Assembly: GCF_004010195.1 (NCBI RefSeq)
Contig: NC_057720.1
Coordinates: 8,424,164 to 8,488,163, forward strand
DNA: 64,000 nucleotides
Direction of reading: 5' to 3'
Origin: Chiloscyllium plagiosum
Taxonomy: Eukaryota
Part shown: one piece after another, positions 49,679-61,435 of the stretch
Numbering within the stretch: the first letter of the stretch is position 1
Layout of the letters: each line of letters opens with the position of its first letter
Position numbers and translations under genes: made by a program
The notes under the pieces: model-generated
Told to the model about the DNA's origin: nothing
What the model saw: the letters and a program-made list of their open reading frames with translations, nothing else
The model's database searches: none

Positions 49679-51320
49679 TCTGAGTGGTGGAGTAGGACTG
49701 AGGGGTTAAATGGTTCCTACTCTGTTTCCATGTTTCAATGCAATATGCCTTCCCAAAGTATCCAGTCAAGCAGCTGGTTCCTATTGGCTGCTCAGGTAAT
49801 CCAGTAACCAATCTCAGTCAATTCAAAGTGACACATTCAGGCACTCAGGGGAGTCCATCTGTAATCTATACTTCTTTAACACTTTGAAACACCCTGACTG
49901 ACTCACGTAACATCTGGGGCTGTTTTATGTGCTGTGCAAAAGATGTTCGCTGAAAATTTTGATGCATTCGGAAGTCATGAGCTGTGATCTTACTTGCAGC
50001 TGGGGAGCTGCACTCACAGGGCCATGTCACCGATCCTGAGTGACAATAGTGGCCTCCTCACTGGAAACACTGTCACCTGGTTGCACTATCACCCTCAAGA
50101 TTAAGATCTTTCAGCTGTGGTTCTTTTGGGTAATTTGGCAACAATGGAGATTGAATTCATTCCATTGACTCTACCTCAGAAGCTGCCAGTAAATAGCCCA
50201 TAACTGTGCGCGCATGTTTGATGAATCTTAATTTTTTTTTCATGTGCAAGATGGCAACAGATGGAGAATCTTCAAAACCTCACTCTACAGTGTCACCTGC
50301 TGGACACTGCTTGTAACTGTGATGGCTGACCATTGCAAAACTGGATGGGAAACATTCCGCTAGATTCCAAGGTAATGTCACAATCGTCCCAGAGAACAAC
50401 AGGGCTGCTCTCTCGTTAGATGAAGTAACAACTGGCAGTGGTTTACTCAGAGCATTACCACACCTCAGGTGAGGAGGGAGATTCAGAAGCTGGGACTTTC
50501 ATGGTCATCTCGGCTAGTGTGGGAATTGAACCTGTGCTGTTGGTCTTACATTGTTTTGCAAACCAGCTGAGGTAATAACCATGCCCTCCCCCCCCACCGG
50601 TCTCCAGGACCTGGGCAAACAGGCAAATGGACTGACAAAATAAGTCACCATGCCACCTCATCTTTATGATCTTTATGAGTGGCAGCAGAAGTGACCCACT
50701 TGAAACCCAACTGAGCTCACAATTCATGTCCACTTAAAGACATTGTCTAATGCCACATCATCTGGCCTGCTGACCAATGAAAGTTGGGGGTTGGGCAGTG
50801 TGGTTGGTGTATATCTTCCTTCCGTTCCCCCCTCCATCCCAATACCCATCCAATCCAGCCCCATTCTGCCATCCATCCCTTTCCAGAAGAGTTTTCCCTC
50901 CCAGTACCCCTGCTCTTGTCCAATACATTCCCAATCTCATCAACAGACCTTTCAGTCCAGCACTGATGAATCCTGGATTCACCTTTGACTTCTGGTGAAC
51001 CTGTCAGCTCTTCCTCATGGGCCTGCTGCAGTACCAGCAGTGAGCACCACTCCTGATGGCGCCATTGCACCTTGCTGCCAATTTTGTTGGCCTTTTCCAA
51101 TTGGTAGCTCTTTGAGGTAACACCTCCTGGTGCAGAGGGTCAGGAAGGCTCAATCAGTGAAAATCTACAGAAAACTGAGCAAGACACTCAGTCCCCTCCC
51201 TGACACTTACACTGGGTGCAGAGAGACAGTCTACAGCACATAAACCAATACTTTGACACTCCGCAGTAATCAGCAGAAATGAAAATAGGGAAGTAAGATA
51301 CGCAGGCAGGAAATGTACAG

Positions 51321-51430
51321 CGAGTTTTGTGAAGATTTGTAGCTCAGGTTGAGGTTTTGGATGTAGGTTTGCTTGCTGAGTTGGAAGGTTCATTGTAAGA
51401 CGTTTCATCACCATACTAGGTAACATACTA
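51321..51430 (-). mobile_element. PLE tail (family C), truncated within the hammerhead
   Basis: gaagatttgtagctcagg...gtttgcttgctgag...gacgtttcatcaccatactaggtaacat matches 61150-61255. Confidence 0.65.
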
Positions 51431-52284
51431 GGCACAACACAAGAGCAGGGATTGGATCTGGGACTTTCTATTTTGGATATCTGATTTCCAAGGACACTTG
51501 GAGCAGCAATCATGGAATTCCAGATCTGGGAGTGGATGGAGACATGGAAACTGGGAGGATGAGGACGTCATGATAGAAGTCTTGTGATCTTGCTGTCTCA
51601 CACAGACCTCACATGACAATGCAATAATTCTCGAATACAGCTCTTAACTGAAATTAATTTTTTTCGTAGATCAGCAGGCTCTGTAAATATCATTCAGCAG
51701 CACATCAAGATGAAGAATACCTGGGGGAGCCCTCCTTTCAACTCTTTGAGCACACACCAGTTAAGAGCTGGGCTGAATCTGTATCTCTGCTTCATTTCCC
51801 CCCTCTACTCCCCAGCTTTACAAAGCAAAAACTGTGGTCAGAGTTGGTGCTGAAAATTTCAACTGAGTCCCCCTTCCACCAACAACCTCCACTGCTCTTT
51901 GGGGGGACAGAGTCCAGGTTTGAAATGTGGTTAGTGCTTTCTAATCTCACTTCTAAGTGGCTTACACCAAGGGTACGATTGGTGGATAATTTTAATCAGT
52001 CAGGGAATCAAAGGTTACAGGGAAAAGGCAGGAGAGTGGAGCTGGGGATTTTCCGATCACCCACAATCTCACTGAATAGCAAAACAGAATCGATGGGCCT
52101 AATGGCCTACTTTTTCTCCGACAATTTATGGTCATAACTCTAAATCTGAGAAATACCAGAGCAATTGTTAAGCAGGTGAATAATGTTTTCATGACTTCAT
52201 CTGTGGTCTGGGATCCCATGCCTATCAGTGAAGATAGGCATGAATAATCAATGTATGTTCTTGGAAGGATTATGGGATCAACCA

Positions 52285-53150
52285 ACATAAAAATAAGACC
52301 ATAAGAAACAGGGTCAGGAGTAGGCCATCTGGGCCATTGATCCGCCATTCAATAAGATCATGGCTGATCTTTTTGTGGACTCAGCTCCACATAACTGCCC
52401 TCTCACTGTCTCCCTCAATTCCTTTATTGTCAAAATAAATCTACCTTAGCTTTAAAAATGTTTACTGAAGTCATGTCAATTACATCATTGGACAGGGAAT
52501 TCCATAGATATACAACCCTCTGGGTGAAGAAGATCCTTCTCAACTCAGTCCTATATCTGCTTCCCCTAATTTTGAGGCTATGCCCCTAGTTCTCGTTTCA
52601 CCCACCAACGGAAACCACCTTCCTGCTTCGATCCTGTCTATTCACTTCATACTTTTATATTTCTGTAAGATTCCCCCTCATTCTTCTAAATTCCAATGTA
52701 TATAATCTCATCCTACTCAGCCTCTCCTCATAAGCCAACCCCCTCAACTCTGGAATCAATCTGGTGAACCTCCTCTGCACCCCCTCCAGTGCCAATACAT
52801 CCTTAAGGAGACCAAAACTGCGCACAGTACTCCAGGTGTGACCTCACCAGCGCCTTGTACAGCTGCAACATAATCTCCCTGTTTTTAAACTCAATCCATT
52901 TGCCTTCCTAATTATGTTGTGTACCTGCTGACCAACCTTCTGTGATTCATGCACAAGGACACTCAGGTCACTCTGGACAGCAGCATGCTACAATCTTTTA
53001 CCACTCGAACAATAGTCCCTTATTCCGAACAATATGGATGATTTCACATTTCACAACTTTGTCCTCCGTCTGCTAGACCTTTGCCCATCCACTTAAACTC
53101 TCTATATCTCTCTGCAAACGTTCAGAGTCCTCTGCACACAGCTGCAGAGC
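52285..53150 (-). mobile_element. CR1 3' fragment
   Basis: cataagaaacagggtcaggagtaggcc tail; gaccaaaactgcgcacagtactccaggtgtgacct reads [11 protein letters not shown] on the reverse strand. Confidence 0.85.
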
Positions 53151-53577
53151 TTAGCAGACATGATTTTAGTCACTTCTATCAGACAAGCTACTGTGGCAAG
53201 AGCCATTTGCTGTGAAGTTGACTGAGAATGAGATGCCCAACATGCATAGTTTAATGGAAATAGGAGCTGGAACTGGCCATTCGGTCCCTTGAGCCTGTTA
53301 CATAATGCATTCAGGTCATGACCAATCACCTAGCTCAACATTGTGTTTCTGCACTATCCCAATATCCATTGATACCTTGGAAGTCTATCAATCTCCATCT
53401 TGAATATGCTCAAAGCCTGAGGTTCCATGCATTCTCTGGATAGAGGTTATTCCCTGTATTTAGATTTTCTCAGTCTCAGAACTGAGGAGATTCTGAATCC
53501 CTTGGGTTTTTTTTGGTTTTTTTCCCCTACACTACCACCTCACAGCAGTAGTGATTACTTTTTTCCTCATAGCACCT

Positions 53578-53852
53578 GTGCTGTGTGTGTGTGTGAGTGT
53601 GTGTGCACGCGTGTGTGAGAGTGTGTGCATGTGTGTGTGTGTGAATGTGTGTGCGCATGTGTGTGTGTGTGTGTGAATGTGTGTGTGCGACAGTGTGTGC
53701 ATGTATGTGTGTCTGTGTGTGTGTGAATGTGTGTGTGAGTGTGTGTGTGTGCATGTGTGTGTGTATTTTGTGCATGCGTGTGTCTGTGTGTGAGTGTGTG
53801 TTTTGTGTGTGCGTGTGTTTATGTGTGGGGGTGTGTGTGTCTGTGTGTGTGT
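53578..53852. repeat. Long degenerate (GT)n microsatellite (~275 bp)
   Basis: Direct inspection. Confidence 0.97.
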
Positions 53853-55289
53853 AAGTGCAATGATTCAATAAGAAAGATGCCAGGGAACCAGCGACAAGCA
53901 AAGCCCAAAAAAGGTAATGCTGACATGAAGACAGTGAAGAGGGAGGGAGGGGGTTAAATCAAAACAGAGTTGGAACGAGAAACAAAGTGCTCCAAACCAG
54001 TGGTGCCCACCTTTCTCTAAAGAGATCAAGAGTGCTGGTGGATGTCATGTGCTCTGTCTCCAAGGACACACGGGCATGAACATAGCTGTGGAAGCAGGGC
54101 AGAAAGTTGGCAGGCATGATCCCCTCCACAGCTCACTGCCTGGACCTGGTTATAGCCAGTCTGGCCAGCCCAGGAGCAGACCCACCCATTCACTTAAATG
54201 GAATAAAAATGCCAGGACAGATATTGTGAGTTACAACATCAAGTCAATGGATTTAAGATACATATCAGCCATGAATGAATTGAATTTGAATCAGCCTCCT
54301 CTTGTTCCTATGTTGCCTTGAGAGATGCAGAGCAAGTTACTGATGCACTCTTATGGGATTTAGGCGATTGCATAAATGATTGAATAAATAATTAAATAAA
54401 TAATTGCTTAAACCACACTGTGTGTAAACTGGCTTTCTGTCTTGGCTACCTAACACTTAAAAAAATTAACTGCGGTGCTTAACTCGCAACGATGATGCAT
54501 TGGGTGAATGCTGTGCATTTTCTCTCTGATTCCTGTTCCTTAATTTGTGCACTGAAATTGGTTTCTGTTAGCGATCACATTTAGCAAGAAATATCTATTT
54601 ATTCCGCCGCACATATAAAGCGCCATCATTCAATGGCTTGGTTGTTTTCCTCAACAGCTCAAAAAAAATATGTTTGCATTTTAAAGGCAAAGGGAACAGA
54701 GACTTCCAAAATATCCCCCTCGGACATTATTTTCATATCATGGAGACAAAGTTAAAAAGAAACAAGTGTTAAAATAATATGTCGTTCATGGAACTGAGCA
54801 GTTGCTTGAGAAATTAGGATGCCTTCATTTCACAGTTGGAATCTGTGGAGGTTTAAAAAAGATGTTGAATCTCCAATTGCATTTAAAGGCCCTAAGTAAA
54901 ATTAGTTGCGACAGACACAATTCTCTTCCCAGTGGACATGAGTCCACTGCACATAACTGCCTATAATTCAACGCTAATTGGCTGATCTTGCTAAGATAGG
55001 CCATAAGGATGTATGGGCTGGGAATTGGAGCAATAAGCTGTGTTATTCAGATATAGTGAGTTGAAGCATAATGTTGGAATGTAGCTGTATGTCTTTGCAT
55101 GTACTGCATTTAATTGGCCCCTGAATTGTCAATTGATGCAAGAAGGAAGCATGTTCACAACTAGCAGCTTGACAAGTACGTGTGTAGATGGGGTCTTGTA
55201 TATCAATGCTGTGTTGCACTCACAATTTCTCTCTTACATCTTTTTAATCTAGTAATTGATACTTTGCATGATTAGTCCCATCTTTTGGA

Positions 55290-56470
55290 GGTATACAATT
55301 TATGTTTATCTTTCTCTTCTCACCTTAAACATACACCCCCTAGTCTTGAAATCTCCCACCCAAGGGAAAAGACCCTTGCCATTCATCTTATCTATACTTC
55401 ATTATTTTATAAACCTCTATAAGGTCACCTCTCTGCCTCCTACCTCCAATGAGAAAAGTCCCAGCCTATCCAGCCTCTCCTTATAACTCAAACCCTCCAT
55501 TCCCAGCAATATGCTGGTAAATCTCTTCTGAACCCTCGCCAGCTGAATAATATCCTTCCCATAACAGGGTGGCCAGAACTGGATACAGTATTCCAGAAGA
55601 TGCCTCACCAATGTCCTGTACAGCCTCAACATAATGTCCCAACTCCTATATTTCATGGTCTGTTGCGTATGTGAGATATGCTTCAGTCAGCTTCTTCTGC
55701 TGTCACATCAGGTAGAACAATGTTAAATTAAACAGCATGCCTGTTTAATGCCTCAACCCTCAGGAGACCAGTGCTCCACAGCTGGACCTGGATCCCAATG
55801 GAAATCAGGGATCACGCAACATTCCCACTGCCACTCTCACCTTGCATTGACATCTGCAGTTTGCCCCAGTAGGGTGAGGATATTTTGGATCACTGTTACC
55901 AATAAATGCAATCACCTTAATTGTATCAAAGTTGTTTCAGATCAAACCCAAGACTGGATAGAATGAATGTAGGAAAGATTTTCTAGATGGCTGTGGGTTC
56001 CAGAACGAAAGATCAGAATCTAAAGATACATAATTAGGCCTTTTTGGGTCTGCAATAAAGAGAGATTTTGTAATCCAGAGAATGGAGAGCATTTGAGGCT
56101 AAAATATTAAATGGTTTTAAGAAGGAGTTAGATACAGTTCTTAGGGCTAAATGGCTCAAAGGGAGCAGGAAGGAATGGGAATAGGGGACTGAGTTGGACC
56201 ATCAGCCATGATCATATTGAATGCCAAACAAATGCCTGCTTTGCTGTGTTCTTCCTGCCTCCTGCTTGTCCACTTTGGATTCCAGCATTTGTGGGGTTTT
56301 TTTGTCTCTAACCAATGATCAGATTGAATGGCAGAACAGGCTCAAAGATCTGAATGGTAAAAACTTTCGAAGCTCCTCGGATGCTGCCTGAATTGCCGTG
56401 CTCTTCCAGCACCACTGATCCAGAATCAAAGATCTGAATGGCCTACTGCTGGTCCTCTTTTCTATGTTTC
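55290..56470. mobile_element. CR1 fragment (-, 55290-55660) and CR1 tail (+, ~55950-56470) carrying two PLE-tail inserts
   Basis: ORF 55417-55656 LEYCIQFW..RVQKRFT; inserts 56224-56314 (TSD atgatcatattgaatg / atgatcagattgaatg) and 56358-56425 (16-bp TSD tcaaagatctgaatgg). Confidence 0.8.
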
Positions 56471-57254
56471 TGAACCTTCGACCATGATTCACAAAAACAA
56501 AGATCTCTTACCTGCTGCTCTTCTTCAATTGAAACAGTCTGAAAAAGAAAGCAACGAAACTAGATTCAGTAACTTAATTGCAGAAATCGTATGGACTGTT
56601 AAGAATTACTTCTCAGGTAACAGGTTTCTGGTGATATTATTTTAAACAAATGATCAGCTGTACAATTTTCAATTTACTCAAACTCGATAGCTTTGAAATT
56701 CTTCTGAGAACATATTCAAAGTAGGTTTGCAGGGCAGGGAGTTTACGGCATTGGTTGAGGAGGGGGTAAGAGCTGCCAATTGCAGAGGGCACACTCGAGT
56801 TGAGATCATTCATTTTGTTAAAGGATTGATTTTTAGGGAGTGTTGGGTGGGGAAACTTTAGAGCAGGGCACCAAGCTGACATTGATTGGTTGCTACAGGG
56901 AGGGGTGGGTAAGAGACACACTCAGTTCACCAGAACCAGGAGACTAGATGAATGAGTGAGGGGACAGGGAGCACAATTGATCTGTTCAATTATCAACAGA
57001 GCCCAGAGTATGCTAAGGGAGAAAAGCAGAGGGTGCCCCAGGTAGGGTGCCAGCTGTAGCTTAGTTAGCAGCACTCATGACCCTGACCCACATTGTGCTG
57101 GCTCAAGTTTTGCGTTAGGGCTTGAGCTTACAAAATCAAGTTTGGTACACCAGGGTAATTTGGAGGGAATACTGCATTGGGAGAGGTGAAAACAGTTTCA
57201 GCTATAATATTTGCAGAATTTACCACTGGTGGGTACCAAAGGGCATCATTTCAT

Positions 57255-57840
57255 AGTCATGAAGTCCTACAGTATGGAAACAGGCCCTTTGGTCCAAACA
57301 GTCCTTGCTGACCATAATCCCAAATTAAACTAGTCTGCCTGCCTGCCTGCTCCTGGCCCATATCCCCTAAACCTTTCCTATTCATGTACTTATCCAAATA
57401 TCTTTTAAATGTTGTAATTATACTCATATCTGCCACTTCCTCTTGAGGTTCATTCCACACATGAACTATCCTCTGTGTAAACATTTGCCCCTCATGTCTT
57501 TTTTAAATCTCTCTTCTTTCATCTTGAAAATGTGCGCCCTAATCTTGAAATCTCCCACCCTAGGGAAAAGGCACCTACCATTAACTCTATCTGTTCCTCT
57601 CATCTATAAAGTCGCTTCTCAACCTCCTACACTCAAGTGAAAAAAGTCCCAATCTATCCAGTCTTTCTTCGTAACTCAGAGCTTCCATACCTGGCTTCCA
57701 TATATGCTGGTAAATCTCTTCTGAACCCACTCCAGCTTACTAACATCCTTCCCATTACAGGGTGACCAGAACTTGCCACAGTATTCCAGAAGAGGCCTCA
57801 CCAATGTCCTTATACAACCTCAACATGACATCCCAAGTCA
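57255..57840 (-). mobile_element. CR1 3' fragment
   Basis: ORF 57257-57484 FTQRIVHVWNEPQEEVADMSIITTFKRYLDKYM. Confidence 0.88.
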
Positions 57841-57984
57841 TTTAAATTTAATTTTCAAAGTTTCCCTCAAGGATTTGATCTTTGCTACTTGCTCCTTTAA
57901 GACACTGGAAATTTGGTCCTTTCAGAGGATGTTAATTTGATTCCATCTGGTTTAGCACTGTGTGAAAAGAGGATAAAAAAACTC

Positions 57985-58200
57985 AGACTGCCATTCCAAC
58001 GCAGTGTTGAGGGAGTACTGCACTGTCAGGGCTGCCTTCTTTCAGATGTATCATGGAACCGAGATTCAAATGGACAGAAAGGACCCCATGCCACTCTTTC
58101 AGTGAAGAGCCAGGGAGTTATCTGGAATGTTCTGACTCATAACCATCTCTCAATCAACATTAAAAAGCAAACTATCTGGTCATTATCACATTGTTAACCA
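57985..58200 (+). mobile_element. Deu-domain SINE fragment (SacSINE1-like)
   Basis: gagggagtactgcactgtcagggctgccttctttcagatg...aaccgag...ggaccccatgccactctttc..gaagagccagggagttatc...ctcaatcaacat; related pieces at ~31230-31400, 44440-44610, 57045-57190, 60745-60885 and 63530-63795. Confidence 0.65.
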
Positions 58201-58234
58201 CAGTCATAAATTTCGGTGGAATAATACATGAATT

Positions 58235-59402
58235 GGGATCTCTGTTGTTTGTGATAAATATAAATGACTTGGATAAAAGCATAGATAGGTGGGTTAGTAA
58301 GTTTGCAGATGATACAAAGATTGGTGGTGTTGTGCATGGTGTAGAAGGTTATCAAACGATAAAGGAGAATACAGTTCATTTGCAGCTTTGAGCGGAGAAA
58401 TAGCAGATGGAGTTTAATGCGAGTAAGTGTAAGGTGTTGCATTTTGGGAGAAAATTGTTAAGGAAAGGTATACAGTTACTAGTAGGCATTGATGTATAGA
58501 GGGATCTTGGGGTTAGGTCCACAACTCCCTGAAAGTGGCCACGCAAGTAGATAGGGTGGTAAAGAAGGTATAATGCATGCTTGCCTTTCTTGGCCAGGAA
58601 ATTGAGGACAAGAGTCAGGATGTCATGTTACAGCTTTATAAGACTTTGGTCATGCCACACTTTGAATGTGGAGAAGGTGAGCACTGCGGATGCTGGAGAT
58701 CTGAGTAGAGAGTGTGGTGCTGAAAAAGCACAGTCAGTCAGGCAGCATCCGAGGAGCAGCAGAATTGACACTTCCTGATGAAGGGCTTTCACCCGAAACA
58801 TCAATTCTCCTGCTCCTCGGATGCTGCCTGACTGGCTGTGCTTTTCCAGCACCACACTCCACACTTTGAATATTGCATTTAATTCTGGCCACCACATTAC
58901 AAGAAGGATGTGGAGGCTTTGGAGAGGGTGCAGAAGAGGTTTCCCTGGATGTTGCCGGGATTAGAGAGCATGAGCTGTAAGGAGAGGCTAAAAAAACTTG
59001 AGGTGTTTTCTCTGGAGCAGCAGAGGCTGAGGGGAGACTTGATAGAAGTTTATAAAGGTATCAGATGCATAGGTGGAGTTGATGGTCAGAATCTTTTTCC
59101 CAGAGTTGAAATGTTTAAACTATAGGACATGCATTTAAGGTGATGGGGGAGAGTTCAAAGGAGACTTGAGGGACAATTTTATGCCCAGAGAGTGTAGGAG
59201 TCTGGAATGCACTGCCAGGAGTGGTGGTGGAGGCAGATACAATAGGGGAGTTTAAGGGATTGTTAGATAAGGACATAAATATGTAAGGATGCGAGGGATC
59301 TGGACCAAGAGCACGCAGAAGGAATTGGTTTAATTTAATGTCATGTTCGGTACAACATTGTGGGCTGAAGGGCTTGTTCCTGTGCTGTACAGTTCCATGT
59401 TC
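58235..59402 (+). mobile_element. CR1 RT-to-3' fragment with PLE fold-back insert (58668-58858)
   Basis: VSKFADDTKIGG (58191 ORF) and LERVQKRF..RLRGDLIEVYK (58910 ORF); insert flanked by 13-bp TSD ccacactttgaat (58655-58667, 58859-58871). Confidence 0.9.
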
Positions 59403-59547
59403 ATGGATGCTGTTGTGGCTCAGTGGTAGAATCCCTGCTTCTGAAATAGGACACTTGGGTTCAAGTCCCACCTGCTCCAGATGTGTGTCATAAAATCCCT
59501 GAACAAATTGATCACCTGTACATGTTTGTCTGGGGTACTGTCACATA

Positions 59548-59905
59548 TGGGGCACGCAATGACTCTGTGGCATTATCGCTAGACTGTTAATGCAGAGACC
59601 CAGGTAATGTTCTGGGGCCCTGAGTTGAAATCCCACCACTGCAGATGGTGTAATTTGAACTCAATTAAATCTAGAAGCAAGAGTCTAATGATGACCATGA
59701 ATTCATTGTTGATTGTTGGGAAAATCTGGTTCACTAACGTCCCTTAGGGAAGGAAGCTGCCATCCTTACCTGATCTGGCCTACATGTGACTCCAGACCCA
59801 CGGCAATTTGATTGATTCTGAACTGCCCTCTGGGCAATGAGGGATGGGCAATAAATGTTGGCCTTTATTAAGCGACGCCCTCATCGTGTGAATTCGAAGC
59901 AAAAG
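59548..59905 (+). mobile_element. Second long tRNA-derived SINE family, full length
   Basis: tRNA-like head (gcaatgactctgtggcattatcgctagactg...gagttgaaatcccacc); tail gggcaatgagggatgggcaataaatgttggcc...gcgacgccctcatcgtgtgaat. Confidence 0.8.
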
Positions 59906-61149
59906 CGAATTTAGGATTTTAGAGGGAGGGAGGGAGGGGAGGGGAAACGTTTGAAGTGAGGCCAAATTCAAGCTTCAAAGGATGAATTGAGAGGATGCAC
60001 TTGGCACAGGAAAAGTCAGCATAGACCTTATGTGAAGTGGAGCAGGAGAAGCCGAATATTGGTTAACTGATATTACTAGGTGAAGAAGGTACATGTTACC
60101 CCTTATAAAGCAGAGGTCTGGTGACTGCTGGCAGTATGATGTAGCTAAGAAAAACTCCAAGTTGACAGTTAATTCTGCACACGGAAGAAATGGAACAAGC
60201 CATTTGAACTCAATCCATGTTCAAAGCACAAAAGCAATGAGATGATATTGAAATTTGACACAAACTTTCATTCCAGAGTAGCGTTTTAATTTCAGGAAGA
60301 AAGTTGAAATTGGCATTTAAATGGTGGCAGGGCATTCTCATTTTCTGCCTAATGAAATAGCCCGTGAAAATGCACAATTATGCTGTCATTCCTGACGCAG
60401 TGTATTGGACAGAGTTTAATTATTAATATGCTTCCCTCAGAGAATGACTCAATCATGTCACAACTTTAGACAAATACAGCTAATGCACAATCATAAAATA
60501 TTCACTCGAACACCACTGATCTGACAGCAAATTAATTCCAAGACCACTTCCTATATTACCAGAAAATTAGTTGTAAGCGCATAAAGCTCAAATGGAATGT
60601 GCCAATGCTCTGTCCAAAGGTAATACACTGCATAGAGTAAGATGTTACATTATTCGGATTGTTGCAACCTGGAACAGAATATTTGGAAAATGAAAACCAC
60701 CAAATGCTGAAAGCTTCCTGTAATTTTCTTGTAATTCATGTCGAATTTTATTTACACACATACAGCACGTCTCACAACCACAGGACACCCTGATGTGTTG
60801 CACAGTCAATGAAATATTTTTTGAAGTCGTTGCCACTCTTGCAATAGAGAAAATGCAGCAGCCAATTTATGCGCTTCACACATCTGAAAAACATTTTGGG
60901 ACCTCCTGAAATAATTAAAGACATTGCATAAGTATAGTCTCTGCAGTGTGTAGCCCTCCTCTGACTCCTTCTGTACCATCCACAGGGCACAAAGCAACAA
61001 TACAATGGAGTACTCTTAATTTATTTAGCTGTGACAACATTCAGGACATTTGATTTATCCAATAAAACACAGATGGAACTTTGTCCACCACTTTTAACAC
61101 TTACTCCCTTCATTGCTGGCACAGAGTGGCAACTGTGTGTACCATTGAG

Positions 61150-61385
61150 ATTTTGGAGAAGATTTGTAGCTCAGCTAGTGGATCAGGTTGTAAGTTTGCT
61201 CGCTGAGCTGGTAGGTTTGCTCTTCGATGTTTCATCACCATGATCGGTAACATCATCAGTGAACCTCTGGTAAAGCGCTCATGTTCTGTCCAGCTTCACC
61301 AGAGGCTCACTGATGATTTTAATGAATATGGTGACAAAATGTCTGAGAACAAACCCACCAGCTCAGTGAGCAAACTTACAATCTG
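61150..61385. mobile_element. PLE-tail fold-back insertion (family C)
   Basis: Arms ttgtaagtttgctcgctgagctggtaggtttg...catcagtgaacctctggtaaagc / gcttcaccagaggctcactgatga...caaacccaccagctcagtgagcaaacttacaa; decayed hammerhead on the reverse strand. Confidence 0.75.
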
Positions 61386-61435
61386 TGTGTGTATGATCTA
61401 CAAAATACATTGCAGTGAATCACCAAGCCTTATTT

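Noticed and set aside
53527..53957. HT- and CV-repeat ORFs
   Set aside because: Translations of the (GT)n microsatellite
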